DNA of 64,000 nt from assembly GCA_010909165.1 (NCBI GenBank), contig MU008164.1:2073595-2137594 (forward strand). Direction: 5' to 3'. Made by a program: the position numbers and the translations under genes. The notes below the pieces were generated by a model. It made no database searches. It worked only from the letters and a program-made list of their open reading frames with translations, and had not been told where the DNA came from. Source of the DNA: Anthoceros angustus (Eukaryota; Plantae; Anthocerotophyta). Below, piece by piece: positions 49,030 to 61,591 of this stretch (within the stretch, counting starts at the first letter, position 1; every line of letters begins with the position of its first letter).

Positions 49030-49150
49030 TCTCTAAAGTATTGAGACGGAGGTCCATGAATTGAGCTGCTCTGGGATCTACGTCTACTGATATCACGTTG
49101 CGTCCGCACTTGAGAGCGGCTACCATACCTGATTGTGGAAAGGGTTTTTG
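49030..49150 (-). pseudogene. Fragment resembling the C-terminal SAM-binding end of a beta-class N6A/N4C DNA methyltransferase
   Basis: KPFPQSGMVAALKCGRNVISVDVDPRAAQFMDLRL resembles the consensus DPFxGSGTTxxAAxxxGRxxIGxEIDPxxxxxAxxRL. No catalytic motif IV seen. Confidence 0.5.
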
Positions 49151-49299
49151 CATCCGAAGACGCAAAGAGGCCACATTTACCCTCTATGTCGTTATAGTCC
49201 TAGGATTCGATCCACCCACCACCGTGGAAGACTCGGCCACCACCTTGGGAGGTTCAACCACCGTAGTGGCTGATTCAACCAACGTGGCGGGCCCCTGCA

Positions 49300-49960
49300 A
49301 GCGCGCACTTTTCGTGTGGACAGACTATTTGTCCTGCTTCTCAGCGCGGTCCTTGGGGGTAATGGTCATACACACCTACATGTACTCTTACTTCTCTCCA
49401 GGAATACCATATCGGATCTTCTCCGAGGGTTATGCACCACGTCCTCAAACGCCGCGGCGCCTCACTCCGCCGCTGGTTCCCCGTGGCTGCGAGGCCAAGG
49501 CTCCAGTAGCTGCTGCAGGTGTGGGAGTTTCTCCTTCACGCTCCCACGCTGATAACGCCGTTCTGGGAACTTCTGAAAACACACCGTAACAACATGGCCT
49601 GTCTTGTGGCAATGTGTACAATATAATGCTTCCACTGCACATTTGCAAGCTGGTGACAAATGATCAGAACTGCCACAACGATTACACATAGTAGTCGTTA
49701 CTGCAGTAGCTGAGATAGAGGTAGCCACCTTAGCCATCTTAACCTGTCCAGGCTTAAGCACACCAGCAGAGCTGATAAGAGCTGCACCCCATAAGGTATA
49801 CCCTTCCCAGCAAACATGGTTTGATAATGAGCATACGACTTAGTGTGCTTATATGCATAAGCAAAAGACGCCAACTCCTTCCGCTCTGCCTCTTGGAAGA
49901 CCTGATCCAGAGTGCATTGATCTCCATATTTGTCCACAATACCGCTACTGACATTGGTTA
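49300..49960 (-). mobile_element. LTR-retrotransposon gag C-terminal remnant with two CCHC zinc knuckles
   Basis: CNRCGSSDHLSPAC and CTHCHKTGHVVTVC (CX2CX4HX4C), preceded by TLDQVFQEAERKE. Confidence 0.8.
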
Positions 49961-50319
49961 GGGCAGGGGTAGAAGGTTTTCTGCTCATGCTCGCGGTGGT
50001 TCTGTGACATGTCTGCTGGTATTGATCACCAACGTCTACAATACCCAACAAGGGTGACCGGTGGCGATTGTCGTCCGATCTCCGCCAAGTTAATCGCCCG
50101 CCTCATTGTCAAATTGTCCACTCGTTCAGGTTCTGTAAAATCCACCCGTCTTCGAGTAGCCCCTCTTCGACGAGCAACCTCTGGATGATGAGAAACCACC
50201 CTGGATCTCAAATGATAGCGTGGCTCTTCACCCTCCCCAACGACATGCATTACCAAAGGACAATTCGGTGGCTGTTGAAGAGGCAGAAGACTCGAGTGGT
50301 TCAAACGGGATGGCAGAAC

Positions 50320-50520
50320 TTGGATCGGTGCCAACTAGGGCTGATAAATTTTCAGGCAGGCCTGGGACTCAAACTTTGAGAGACTTCAGAATGTTTTTCA
50401 ATTTCCTTACCAGCAGGGTGAAGTTTAAGCATGGTCCGACATATTCTCAGCAATATATGTTTGAACAACTACCCGGATATATGATTGACGAGGCGTTGGA
50501 CTTGTATGAAGATTATAGTC
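50320..50520 (+). mobile_element. Gag N-terminal-like remnant
   Basis: DKFSGRPGTQTLRDFRMFF...LPGYMIDEALDLYE resembles the F.G....W/F...L.G.AL.W/Y start of Ty3/gypsy capsid domains. Confidence 0.45.
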
Positions 50521-50639
50521 GATTTGCCGGGCGACTGCTAAGTCTCCCAATCCGGCTTATCAAGACACTTGCGCCTGTAATACACATTTGCATGCGCAGA
50601 AGAATGGCTCATCATCAAGCTTCAAAGCTTGCGGGGAAG

Positions 50640-52443
50640 GCGGCGCTGTAAAGGGCCCTCGGTGTTTGCATGCGGCTCAGAGAGGCTACCGCCCTCGCCG
50701 GATTGATGAGCATTGTTCACACCTAAGTTTGCCAATCCAGAGAGGAGTTTTTCACTATATTGGAGAAGGCTTTTCCATTTAAAACCCCGGAGAAGATAGC
50801 TGAACTGCCGCTTCCAACGGAAGGTGAGGAGACAAGGTAATGGCATTTCGTCGGTTGCAAAAGCTCAGAGATAGAATGCAGTATGTTGGTCGATCAAGAG
50901 GCTAAAAGTTTCTAAATGCTCTTGAGGCAGACCATTGTTTCATTTTATCAACGCTCACCACCAACCACCCGTTGCCGGACAACCGAAAGGGCTCTAAACA
51001 ATGAACAACGCTTTGACTATGAGAGTTACAACAAAAGATAATAAAATGCGACGAACGCCGACGCTGATCCGCATGTAATTGCAATCTCAGAATACTCAGC
51101 AATTCTTGCGCCGCTAGTAAGTTCGCCCACTAGTAGCAAATTGCCATACCTCCACCTTCCACCGAGAAGCCAAAATGCAAAGACTTCGCTTCCCAGCTGA
51201 AGTAGTTGTGAGAGTAGAGGTTCGAGCTCGCTAAATGCATCAGCATCCGCTCAAAGTGAGTGGAGAGTTCCCTAGTCCACAAAAAACATGCATCAGCAAC
51301 GTGCAAAATGTAGGCTCTTGCTCACTCGCTCGTGCAACATATTGTTCCAACAGAATTGAATTGCACAGAAAAGAGTGACAATCGTGAGCTGTGCTCATCC
51401 ACTATCACGACCACGCTTTTGTAGCTACGATTCTCTGGCCCACTCCGGCTACCAACAGGGACCTCTTAAGCTCGTCCTGTCTCATCGGTCTCCATCTCGT
51501 GCACCGCTGATTTCCTCCCGCCCGCCATCACTCCTCGATAGCCTTGTTTCATCATCAAGCTCGGTTGCGGCGAGGCGGCGGGTAAAGGGCCCTCGGTGTT
51601 TGCATGCGGCTCAGAGAGGGCCCGCCGGATTGATGAGCATATTGTTGTACCTAAGTTTGCCAATCCTGTAGAGGAGTTTTTCACTATATTGGAGAAGGCT
51701 TTTCCATTTAAAACCCCGGAGAAGATAGCTGAACTATGGCTTCGGAAGAAGGAGAGCGATTAAATGGCATTTTAGTCGGTTGCAAAAGCTCAGAGATAGA
51801 ACTGGTATGTTGAGTGATCAAGAGGCAGCACAAAGTTTCATTTGCTCTTGAGGCAGACCATTGTTTCATTTTCAGATGTTTATCAACGCTTCTCACGATA
51901 TGTTGCCAGACAACGAAGGGTCGAACAATGAACAACGTTTGACTATGAGAGTTACAACAAAAGAGATAACAAAATCGTAGAGAGCGACCATTGATGCATG
52001 TAATTGCGGATGCACAATTCTTGCGCTAGTAAGTTAAGCACTAGTAGCAGGTGCCATACCTCCACCTTCAGAAGCCAAAATGCAAAGACTTCCTTCAGAG
52101 TAGTTGTGAGAGTAGAGGTTCGCTAAATCATCGACATCCGCTCAAAGTGGTGGAGAGTTCCCTAGTCCACAAAACATGCCATCGACAGCGTGCAAAATGT
52201 AGGCTCTTGCTCACTCGCTCGTGCAACATATTGTTCCAAAATTGGTGCCTGGAAAAGACAATCGTGGTATTGTGCTCATCACTATCGACCACGCTTTTGT
52301 AGCTGAGACTCTCTGGTGACTCCTGGCTACCAACACAGGACCTCTTAAGCTCGTCCTCGTCTCATCGGTCTCCATCTCGTGCCAGCTGCCTGATTTCCTC
52401 CCGCTCCCGCCATCACTCCTCGATAGCCTTGTTCGCATCATCA
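50640..52443. repeat. Tandem duplication, ~930-bp unit (50640-51573, 51574-52443)
   Basis: ggcggcg..gtaaagggccctcggtgtttgcatgcggctcagagagg begins both copies; both end gatagccttgtt..catcatca. Confidence 0.93.
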
Positions 52444-53626
52444 TTCATGCGAGGATTTGCAACCAAAAGCCTAGATCTACTGACGCCCTATTCCCATGAG
52501 CACCAGCACACTATTGACCTAACCGTGATTTCAACTGTTAAACATATATGCTCATATGTGTGAATTAACCTAGAATTCCTTGTTCTAATCCTACGCATCG
52601 CAGCATGACATGCATGCTCTTCCACTTGGCATGTGCCCCTGATGCCTTACGCCGACCAAAAAGCCCACGTTTCCATCGCCGCAGATGTTGACGCCTTCCT
52701 CCTCCGCCCATCCGGCGATGCCAAGATCTTAGCGCCCTTCCTCCTCCGCCTCGTCATATTAAAGGCACATGCGGGCGCCTCTTCTCCTTCGGGCCTATAA
52801 GGCGTCGAGACTGCGCCTCTTCCGCCTGCCGTGTGACTTTTGCTGATGGCCGGCGGCCGCATAACTCGTGTTGTAGGGAGGTCCGTCCCAAGGAATGATA
52901 GGCCCGCGCATCGCTTGTGTGATTCCTACCGCCTCAGCGCTGCTCGCCTCAACACACACACATACTCCTAACTACTCACAACGTTCACCGTGACAGTCTG
53001 TATGGCTAAACGCTTAAGGACCCGTCAAGGCCCAGATTGCTCACATACATCCTCACGATCCCCTTAAAAATATCAGAAACATGTTAGAGCTATGCAAAAA
53101 AAGAAATTATATAAAAAATAAAGATAAAAAATAGAAAAAGAGATTTGGTGTACGAAGAGAGAGTGGACCACTGGATTGTTGTTTTGTTTTGAGGGTTTGG
53201 TGTTTGTTTTTAGGAAACTACGCTTTTAGTAACACCCCTTTTCGGAGTGGGGCGATCCAGCGATTAGTGACAAAACATCACGGACACCAACACTAGGCCT
53301 CAAGTAGCCCGCCATCCTTCCACGGACGACTCGCGATCGGCACGTCTGCCAGGTGTTTATTCCGGCGAGTCAACAAGAATATATGAGATCGAGAGAGTCT
53401 GTGCATATGGCCGCCATAGCGCATGTGCTGGGCAGTTTGAACTACGCACTCCCCTTATACGGCGGCAAAATAAATCCTTGGCCTTTGGCGGGAAGGACAC
53501 CAAGTTCTTCCTTGGCCTTTGGCCAAAGGCGACAAAGTTCAGCCTTAGCCAAGGAACACAAGGCAAAGGAGGCATAAATAGCCTCCAGGCNTCTCCGGAG
53601 CCACGAACGAAAGGGGAAAAACTGAC

Positions 53627-54940
53627 CTAAGGTGGGATGGCTACGCCGAGGAGGAGGAGCCCGATGAGGATCAAACCAGCCCGAACCGGGCCATGTCCTT
53701 CATGGGAACCAATCCAGTGGAGAAGGCGATGGCGTTGGGTGGAGTGGAAATGGGTAGTGTGAAGGCGAAGGCTCCCAAGGTAGCTGGAATCATGAAGAGC
53801 AGTGGGTTGGCATGCATGGATATGGCCACCTGAGCTAGAAGGAAGGAAGATGGTGGCAGCGGAGTTGTTGAAGTGAACTGGGTGAGCAAGGTGACCAGCA
53901 CCGCCACCACGGGCGCGATCAGCAGATATGGCAGAGAGTCCAGAAAGTGGAGCCACTGTCACCCAGTCCGCCAGTCCGCTGGCCTGAATTCCATCTGCCA
54001 AAGCAAAACCTGCGAAACCAGAATTGGTGAGTGGAACATCATGTATTCATGTTTGCAGAGCGCTTCGCATGCTGGAGTTCATTGGTACCTCCGCCGAGGA
54101 GGAGAACAATGTCCCATGGCAGGTTCTTGCACAGTTTCCAGCTCATGAGCTTCTCCCTTGGGATTTGCAGTCAGGTATCATGAACAGCACCATTGCCATC
54201 ATAATCTGCAAGATGGAACGTTCACTGAAATTGAGATTCCAGGGTAGTGGTGGACTTGTTCATGGACGAAAGAGGAGGGCCTGGAATTGCTTACGCTGAC
54301 TGTGCCATCGCCAGCAAGGCCGTTGAAGTAGTTTCCCCATCCATAATCACCAACAGACCTCGTTATCCACAGGAGAGCGAGAACCTGTACAATAAGAAGT
54401 GTCAGCTCATGCACATTTCCTTCCCTCGCAACGAAAATGGCAAGATTTCACAGCTTAGAGAACGATGGACCACTTTACAGTGAAAGAAGAGAGGACTGTC
54501 TTTTCTGCGAAGGAGATCGGGCCTGCTCACGAGATCGTCTCGATTAGTGAAATCAATGGATGCTTGATGCAATTGGAGGCCAGATAGAGGACTGAAGTCA
54601 CTTACCGAGATTTTTGTACTCTTGTTCGATGACAGACCGATGCAAGGAAGCCGAGACTAGAGTAGACGTGGGCTCGGGGCAGTACCACCAGATGAGCAGA
54701 AGCCACAGGACGAGGGAGGTAGATGAGGCCTAGAGGGAAAGCGAACAGAAACCACTGCAAGTAGGTGATCGGCGCAGCCTCTGGAAACATGCTCTTCCAC
54801 ATTCCCGCCAGAATCAAATTGGGCCCGGTTCCCGTGAGCGTGGACAGGCCTCCGATGGCCACAGCGTAGGCGATGGCAAGCATCAGTCCCCGTAGAGCAT
54901 GAGGCTCAGGCGTCTCGGCAGGCACAATGTCGTCCTGGTT

Positions 54941-54980
<40 letters not shown>

Positions 54981-55685
54981 CCTTCCTTGAAATCTGCCAC
55001 AGTGGAGCTGTGGATGTTGTGCGATGCGCCTTCCTTCACCTTGCGCACCACGCCCAGGGCCATGGGAACCATCATGACGGCAGCTGCGGTGTTGGAAATC
55101 CACATACTCACAAAGGCGGGGCCAACGCAGAAGCCCAGGACGAGAAAGTGGGGTCCATGTTCTGCCCCGAAAAGGAGCAGGATTTTGAGCGCCAGGCGCT
55201 TGTGCACGTTGTGGTGCTCCACAGCCAAGGCCATGATGAAGGAGCCGAGGAAGAGCGCGATGGTATCATTCATGTACACCTTGGCCACGGTGTCGCAATC
55301 CTGAATGTCCAACAGGGGAACAGGAAGAGCGGGATGAGCGCAGTGATGGCCACGGAACCGCCCCGTCAGCCACCAGAAACAGATCCAGATCGCGGCTCGA
55401 GCATGGACCAGATCTTGATGTTTTGGGCAGCCACCTCCGGGGCTGCTGCCCATTGAGGATTCGCGACAAAGCGATGCTGCAAATGGCCAGTGTCGGCCCT
55501 GCAATCACCGCCAGGTTCTTCTGGTTGCACAGGCAGTTCTTCCAGGACAGTTTGCTCCCGGATTCGCCCCTCTGCCCAGGAGGCTGGTCGAGAGCTCTTC
55601 GTGCGAATTCCACCGGCGGGCGCCCAGGGACTCGTACTTCCTCCCCTCGCCCATTTTCCACGTCCGTGATCGACCCCTCGCCCAT
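53627..55685 (-). CDS. TDT: Tonoplast dicarboxylate transporter (SLC13/DASS family), frameshifted; last exon not resolved (N at 53591)
   Basis: YMNDTIALFLGSFIMALAVEHHNVHKRLALKIL, FVSMWISNTAAAVMMVPMA, IGGLSTLTGTGPNLILAG, LPWDIVLLLGG, NPLLFMIPATLG..AFTLPISTPPNAIAF. Several 1-bp indels. Confidence 0.9.
54941..54977 (-). repeat. (CAG)n microsatellite encoding about 12 Gln in the TDT cytosolic loop
   Basis: ttgctgctgctg... run; translation EQQQQQQQQQQQQNQ. Confidence 0.95.
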
Positions 55686-57356
55686 GGCGATTCCTCCCAC
55701 TCACTCTCAACCGAAAGCTGCCCGAATCGCTGGACAAGCCAACTCCCACAGGATTTCCTCAGCTACTCAAATCGCTGGTCCCGGACAACGCAAGTCCAGA
55801 CGAGCCTGTAGGCCAGCTCTGCCGGGAAGGGGTCACGCCGAGCCCGTGTCGCCTGCTCGGACCGTCTACTGGAACCAGGCCATGGCATGACGTTTTATAC
55901 ACCTTCCTTCCACCAGGCGGGAAAGGGACTCCGTAGGAGCCTCGACACAGGTGGTTGATGTGTAGAACGATACGTGCGTATGAGGCCGAGGCGAGAGCCA
56001 AGGGAGGCCTCACCCAGACTTGGCGCCACATACGAATATGGCACTGGCACGGCAAGTAAAGTGAACGAAGTGCCCAAAAACCTTCTCCTGGTCGGCGGAA
56101 TCACATCCTGCTCTACCGATTCCCGCTGACTCACTGGATCGGCTTGCCAACTCCTCACTGTAGGGCCGACGTAGGATCACTTGAATCCTGGACTGCCAAG
56201 TTTTAGGATTACGTAGGTAGTAGCCAGACCAACGCCATTCTGATAAGCAGGCCTCACAAAGCGCTGCACAGATTCGATCTTGTGGGCAACCATTCGCTCC
56301 TTTCACCTCGGAAGGAAGACTTCCCTTTATTTAGCTCACTCCAATAACGTCTCCAGGACTCCAGATAATAGCGTCTCAGCTCTCACCCAGCCGAGTCAGC
56401 ACCTTCCGTTTTGCAGAATGCTGTGTCCTCCAGCTATGCCCCACCACAGCGATGAAGAGACTGGAGGCAGGCTGCGCAACTTGAAAGCCGCTTCCTGCAA
56501 AACAGGTTGTCGAACGACAACGATTGCCAGATGGTTGGCCCAGGCCTCTTTGCCTGATTCCTCATGACATCATGGCCAGACCGACAAAGCCATGCCCATG
56601 TAACTGCTAGTGCACAGCAAGGACGGCACTCGCTGCACCACAACATGTCTGAGAGCCGGTAGGTGTCCAAAGGTTTGAAGTGTGCACCGGCGGTTCCTGT
56701 CCACACAAGCTCATTTTGTTGGACGATGCAAACCACATCCACAAACCAAACTCCTGACATGGCAGATCTTTAAGGCTCTCCGATTCGTCCTGCTGCCCGA
56801 GCCACGAGGGTACAACAGCACTCGCCAAACGTCGACCACACGTGAATCAGAAGGCGACATACGTGATGCCTGCACTAGAAAACATCTACATCTTGGGTAA
56901 CGTGGACTGCATTGCATTTTACATATTATTTTATAACTTTGTACTACCTGTTCGCTGTCCACCGAAGTATTTATGCGTTTGCCTTGCGTCTCTTGCTCTC
57001 TTCCTGAAAAGCCACACATACACTCTACATCTGTACCCTGCGTGAGTGTGTGCTCGCCACCTGCCCTTCTGTACATGTACTGGACAGAGGTCATTATCCA
57101 ATCAGAAACCGGCCATAAAAGCTCGGACGCGAGGCCATGAAAGAGAAAGTTGTTGTAAAATCCCCTGCGGGTTTTCTTTCTGCTCCGTGGACACAGATGC
57201 AAGCTGATGAACCGTCGGAGTAGTCCCTACCAGAGTCACTACCTACAGCTCTCGATCCAGGCAAATGGTAAGTAGAATGTTACATGATTACCGGCCGACA
57301 AAGCGTAGACTCACACAATAAGTAGCAGCCCTAAAGTTCCGAATCCGAAACCAAGT

Positions 57357-58168
57357 TCATCTGGATTGCCCTTCTGCAACGCTTCCCTCGTCTTCATCAT
57401 CAGAGTCAACTGCTTCCTTCACGCCTTTCACCTCTGTCACGTAGTGCATCAGCATATTCTCAATCCCGGACTTCAGGGTGACGGCGGAGCTGGGACATCC
57501 GCTACAAGCGCCTTGCATCTTTAAGGTTACTATCCTGACTCAGGATCAAAGCCCCGGTACTCTATGTCCCCGCCATCATCCTGCACGGCAGGGCGGATCC
57601 TGGTCTCCAGCAGCTCCTTGATCATGGCCACAGTCTCATCGTCATCTTCATGTATGGCGGTGTCAGAAGCAGCTAGAGTCTGCGCATCAGTAAACAAGGG
57701 CTCGCCTGTTGAGTAAAAATCCATAATTGCTGCAAAGATCTCTGGCTTTAAAATCTCCCACGGCTGTTCCTCAGCCTTGGTCACAGTCACAAAATTCGAG
57801 CCGAAGAACACGCGTGTCACTCCATCTATCCTGAACAAAGCCTTGGCAAGCGGCGATGTCACTGCCACGGGCATTCGGGAAATCCGCCCAACTTCCATCA
57901 CCGGCTTTCCTGGATGAAACATCAAGGACAACGGGTTGGGAGTTGTCTCCGTTTGAATGAACATACCCTGCTCTGCCCGGCAGCATGAGGACGCCATAGG
58001 CAGAAGAACCCCTGACCACCAGGAACACCTGTGTGATGCCATGCAGCCAGATTTCACAACCTCTGTTGATGTACCGCTCCTGCTAAGGTTGTCAAAGCTC
58101 TTCGATCCTGCGGAGATTGTACAGCTGCTGGCCGAGATGCAATTCTTCCCAGCAACTGCCGCACGCAT
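57357..58168 (-). CDS. NFU4: Mitochondrial NifU-like Fe-S scaffold protein (NFU4/5 type), intronless, frameshifted
   Basis: MFIQTETTPNPLSLMFHPGKPVMEVG...SPLAKALF...IKELLETRIRPAVQDDGGDIEYRGFD; after a 1-nt shift at ~57530, VTLKMQGACSGCPSSAVTLKSGIENMLMHYV. Confidence 0.92.
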
Positions 58169-58479
58169 TTCCACGAAGCCGCCATCGAGAGAATTCGCTT
58201 CCGCAGTCCGGCTCTCCACCGAGAATGCTCGTTACCTTTGTTCTATAAAGGGGTAAGGGAAGGAGGCATAAACCCTAATTGATGGCCACTTGGCAACCGG
58301 TCTGCCCAACCACGCTATACTGATTGTGCCTTTGCGTCGTAAACACGAGGAGGACTGGATGCCGTGCAGGATGTTGCCTATCAGGCGTGCAGCGGAGGCT
58401 AAGTCACATTATGCCCTTCGCCAAAGGATGGTACAATCCTGATAGGATCAGAAGGAGTCACAATGACGATGGTGTGCAT

Positions 58480-59015
58480 GAGTGTCTTCCGTAAGATACT
58501 TCCACCCTCTCATCTTTTGGCCAACACTCTGGCTAGTATGTATTCTCAAAGGGTGTTTGACAACCTGCAGAGCAAAATTGTTGGTCTGAAGCACGTTACT
58601 TCTGCATCACCTTTGGTCAGGAGGGCACTGAAACTCGGATGGAACTTTCATGGCACGTCATGGATTTGATGCGAGACATACTACGAGCATGTGGCTATAT
58701 CGAAGCTCTAAAGAAAGGGAAGCACATCCCATCCCACATCCTGGTAAGGTTCCAGAAATTGGATGCCAGCGGTTTGCGAGCAGTCTACCAGACACTTAGA
58801 GCAGCTGTTGGAGACCGGTAGAAGCTCACAAAGTGTTTGACCATCTTGCAGCCAGAATCATGGACATGGTATTCTTCTAAAACTGCAGGGTAGAGTCAGC
58901 AAGGATTGTTGAACAATCCCTAAAAGCATTAGTTCAATCTCACATTGAGGGCATGCTGAAAGCTTGTGGCAGCTTTGGAGACATGCAGGAGGGAAGGCGA
59001 GCTCATTCCGAGATC
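58480..59015 (+). pseudogene. Degenerate PLS-class PPR gene fragment
   Basis: LLANTLASMYS..RVFDNL, ILRACGYIEALKKGKHI, AHKVFDHL and MLKACGSFGDMQEGRRAHSEI in shifting frames with stops. Confidence 0.7.
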
Positions 59016-60104
59016 CTAGCCTAAGGACTGGATAGGAAGAGTTTTCTTTGCAAGACTTAGGTAGAGTGCCATATGCCTATGACCAACACGACCCTTGTAT
59101 GTATGTATGGAAATCTCTCTCGACCCTTGTATGTATGTATGGAAATCCAGAGAGATTTGAAGCGAGACCAGCACAAACCGAGCAGAAAAGCGTTCAAAGG
59201 GCATGATGAAAGTGAAAAGCCTTCCGACTGATGAACCGCAAAGCTCCTCCAGTTGTTAGAATATTGTATCTAGACAAATATAATATAAGCCATATCATCA
59301 CATAAAATTTATAATGTATATAGGAATAACATACAAAATATATGCTCAAGATACACTATGCTCATAAGTAGTTTATAACACACATACACCTTCAATGGCA
59401 TCCCGATCTTTTCTGGGACTTTTCGAGGTTGTGTTAAGTTTAAACTCCTACACACCCTTCCTACACATGACATGACTCGACGGGCCTTCCACCCTTGTAC
59501 CGATGTCGTCACAAGCTGATACATTATTATTTCCGTGATACATAGAAGTTTCTCTTAGGGCTAGGGTTGAGTTGCATGATGCATGAAAGGGAAGGAGGCG
59601 TTACGGTCACCAAGTCCCAAGACTGTGCATGCAACCATGATGGTTTCTGAGGCCCTCAAACTGAAATCTGAATTCTTTGTTGAAATCACTAAATCTGCCG
59701 ATTCAAGGCATGCTCGCAACATATTCGGACCACATTCTGACAAACACTCCTCCCTTGTGGTGCACAGGGAAATACTCACCTTGCTCTCGGTGTGTGCTAC
59801 ACACTTTGAAAGAAATGCTCACATTCGCCGCCTCAATAGTTGTTGTAGCCAACGAGCTAGCAATATCAATAGACATAAGCACATTCAGACGCACGAGATA
59901 TATGATTCAAACCACGGATAACACCATTTAAAGCACCTTACACGATGTAAACGATTCTTTGCTACATGGCCTCCTTCCTTCTCGTCCCGCTTCCGCGTTT
60001 GTGAAAGATGGATGCATCAACATCACCAACGAGGATATGTCACACACAACGCGATCGCATTTGCTTGCAATCTACAATAGTAGCCTCCACAACCCGCAGA
60101 GCAT

Positions 60105-61020
60105 TGCCCTTGCCGCGCCGCTTGCCGCGCCTTGCCGCGCCTGCCCGCGCCTGCCCGCGCCCTTGCCGCGCCCTTGCCGCGCCCTTGCCGCGCCCTTGCC
60201 GCGCCCTTGCCCGCCCTTGCCCGCGCCCTTGCCCGCCCCCGCGCCTGCCCGCGCCCTTACCCGCGCCCACGCGCCCTTACCGCGCCCTGCGCCGCCTGCC
60301 TGCCCGCCCTTACCCGCGCCCACCCCGCGCCTGCCGCGCCACCCGCGCCTGCCCGCGCCGCCACCCGCGCCCTTACCGCGCCACCGCGCCCTTACCGCGC
60401 CTGCCGCGCCTTACCGCGCCCGCCGCGCCTTACCCGCGCCCTTGCCGCGCCTGCCACCCGCGCCCCGCCCCGCGCCCGCCGCCCTTGCCCGCCGCCGCCG
60501 CGCCCTTGCCGCGCCTTGCCGCGCCTGCCGCGCCCGCGCCCGCCGCGCCGCCGCTGCCGCGCCTGCCGCGCCACCCACCGCGCCACCGCGCCACCCGCGC
60601 CCCCGCGCGCCCGCCGCGCCTGCCGCGCCTTACCCGCGCCTGCCCGCGCCCCCACCGCGCCCTTGCCCGCCTTGCCCACCCGCGCCTTACCGCGCCCACC
60701 CACCGCGCCTTACCCGCGCGCCTTGCCCGCCGCCTGCCCGCGCCCTGCCCGCGCCTGCCCGCGCCCTGCCCGCCGCCTTGCCGCGCCTGCCGCGCCTGCC
60801 CGCGCCCTGCCCGCGCCCTGCCGCGCCCTTGCCCGCGCCTTGCGCGCCTTGCCCGCGCCTGCCCGCGCCCACACCGCGCCACCCGCGCCCTTGCGCGCCC
60901 GCCCGCGCCACCCGCGCGCCCTTTCCCGCGCCTTTCGCGCCCTTTCCCGCGCCTGCCGCGCGCCGCTGCCCTTGCGCCTTGCCTTGCCCGCGCCCTGCCC
61001 GCCCGCCCTTGCCGCCTTGT
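60105..61020. repeat. GC-rich strand-asymmetric minisatellite (ccgcgc core with cttg/ctta/ctg/ca linkers)
   Basis: About 910 bp of gccgcgccctt / gcccgcgcct variants; explains the overlapping Pro/Ala/Arg and Gly/Arg ORFs. Confidence 0.95.
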
Positions 61021-61231
61021 CCACAGACCACCAAGACCGCCTGTCTCCTCCACACCACCAGTTCCCCCAAACCTGCGGTGTAGGCATCTCCGTCGTCAGG
61101 ACCGCTAGACCGCACTCGGAGCGAGTCCGGTTGTGCTCGGACCCAATCGGGACTCTTAGGCCCCTGTCCGAGTAGGTCGTCCAACTCTTTGGTCCGTTTC
61201 ACGGTCACATTCCTTCTCCGCTCTCCTTCGC

Positions 61232-61591
61232 TTAGAGTCCGGTGGGGGTGAAGGGGTCCGGGAGCAAGCTCTTCCTCTCCCCTATGAGGAGAGAGGACTG
61301 GCTCCGGGTGAAAACTGCCAATGGCCTTGGGCAGCGTAACTTTTCGTCCTCCTCAAACTTTTCGAGCAGGACGGCCTTGCTCGCCGCCGCCAACATCTTT
61401 CGAGCGTACTCCCAAACCAACGCCACGGTCTCGTAGGACCACACCGCCTGGAAAATGTCCAAGTGCCACTTCTGCACGAGCTCGCCCGCTTCGACAAGCC
61501 ATGGGCCGAAATCGGGGTAGCGTCTGGTCACTATGTTCCGCTCCACCAGGCACCAGGGCTCCAAGACCTCCACTGCTTTCTTGGGCCCCAT
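61232..61591 (-). other. Unknown ORF, probably a retroelement accessory protein (MGPKK...)
   Basis: 119-aa ORF homologous by eye to the frameshifted ORF starting at 62889 on the + strand. Confidence 0.45.

Noticed and set aside
55900-57270. Possible gene between TDT and NFU
   Set aside because: Short ORFs on both strands and isolated splice-like sites, but no consistent frame or known motif.
59255-59540. Possible solo LTR starting TGTTAG
   Set aside because: No matching CA end or TSD could be identified.
59959-61208. Long Pro/Ala/Arg- and Gly/Arg-rich ORFs in all six frames
   Set aside because: By-product of a stop-free GC minisatellite.
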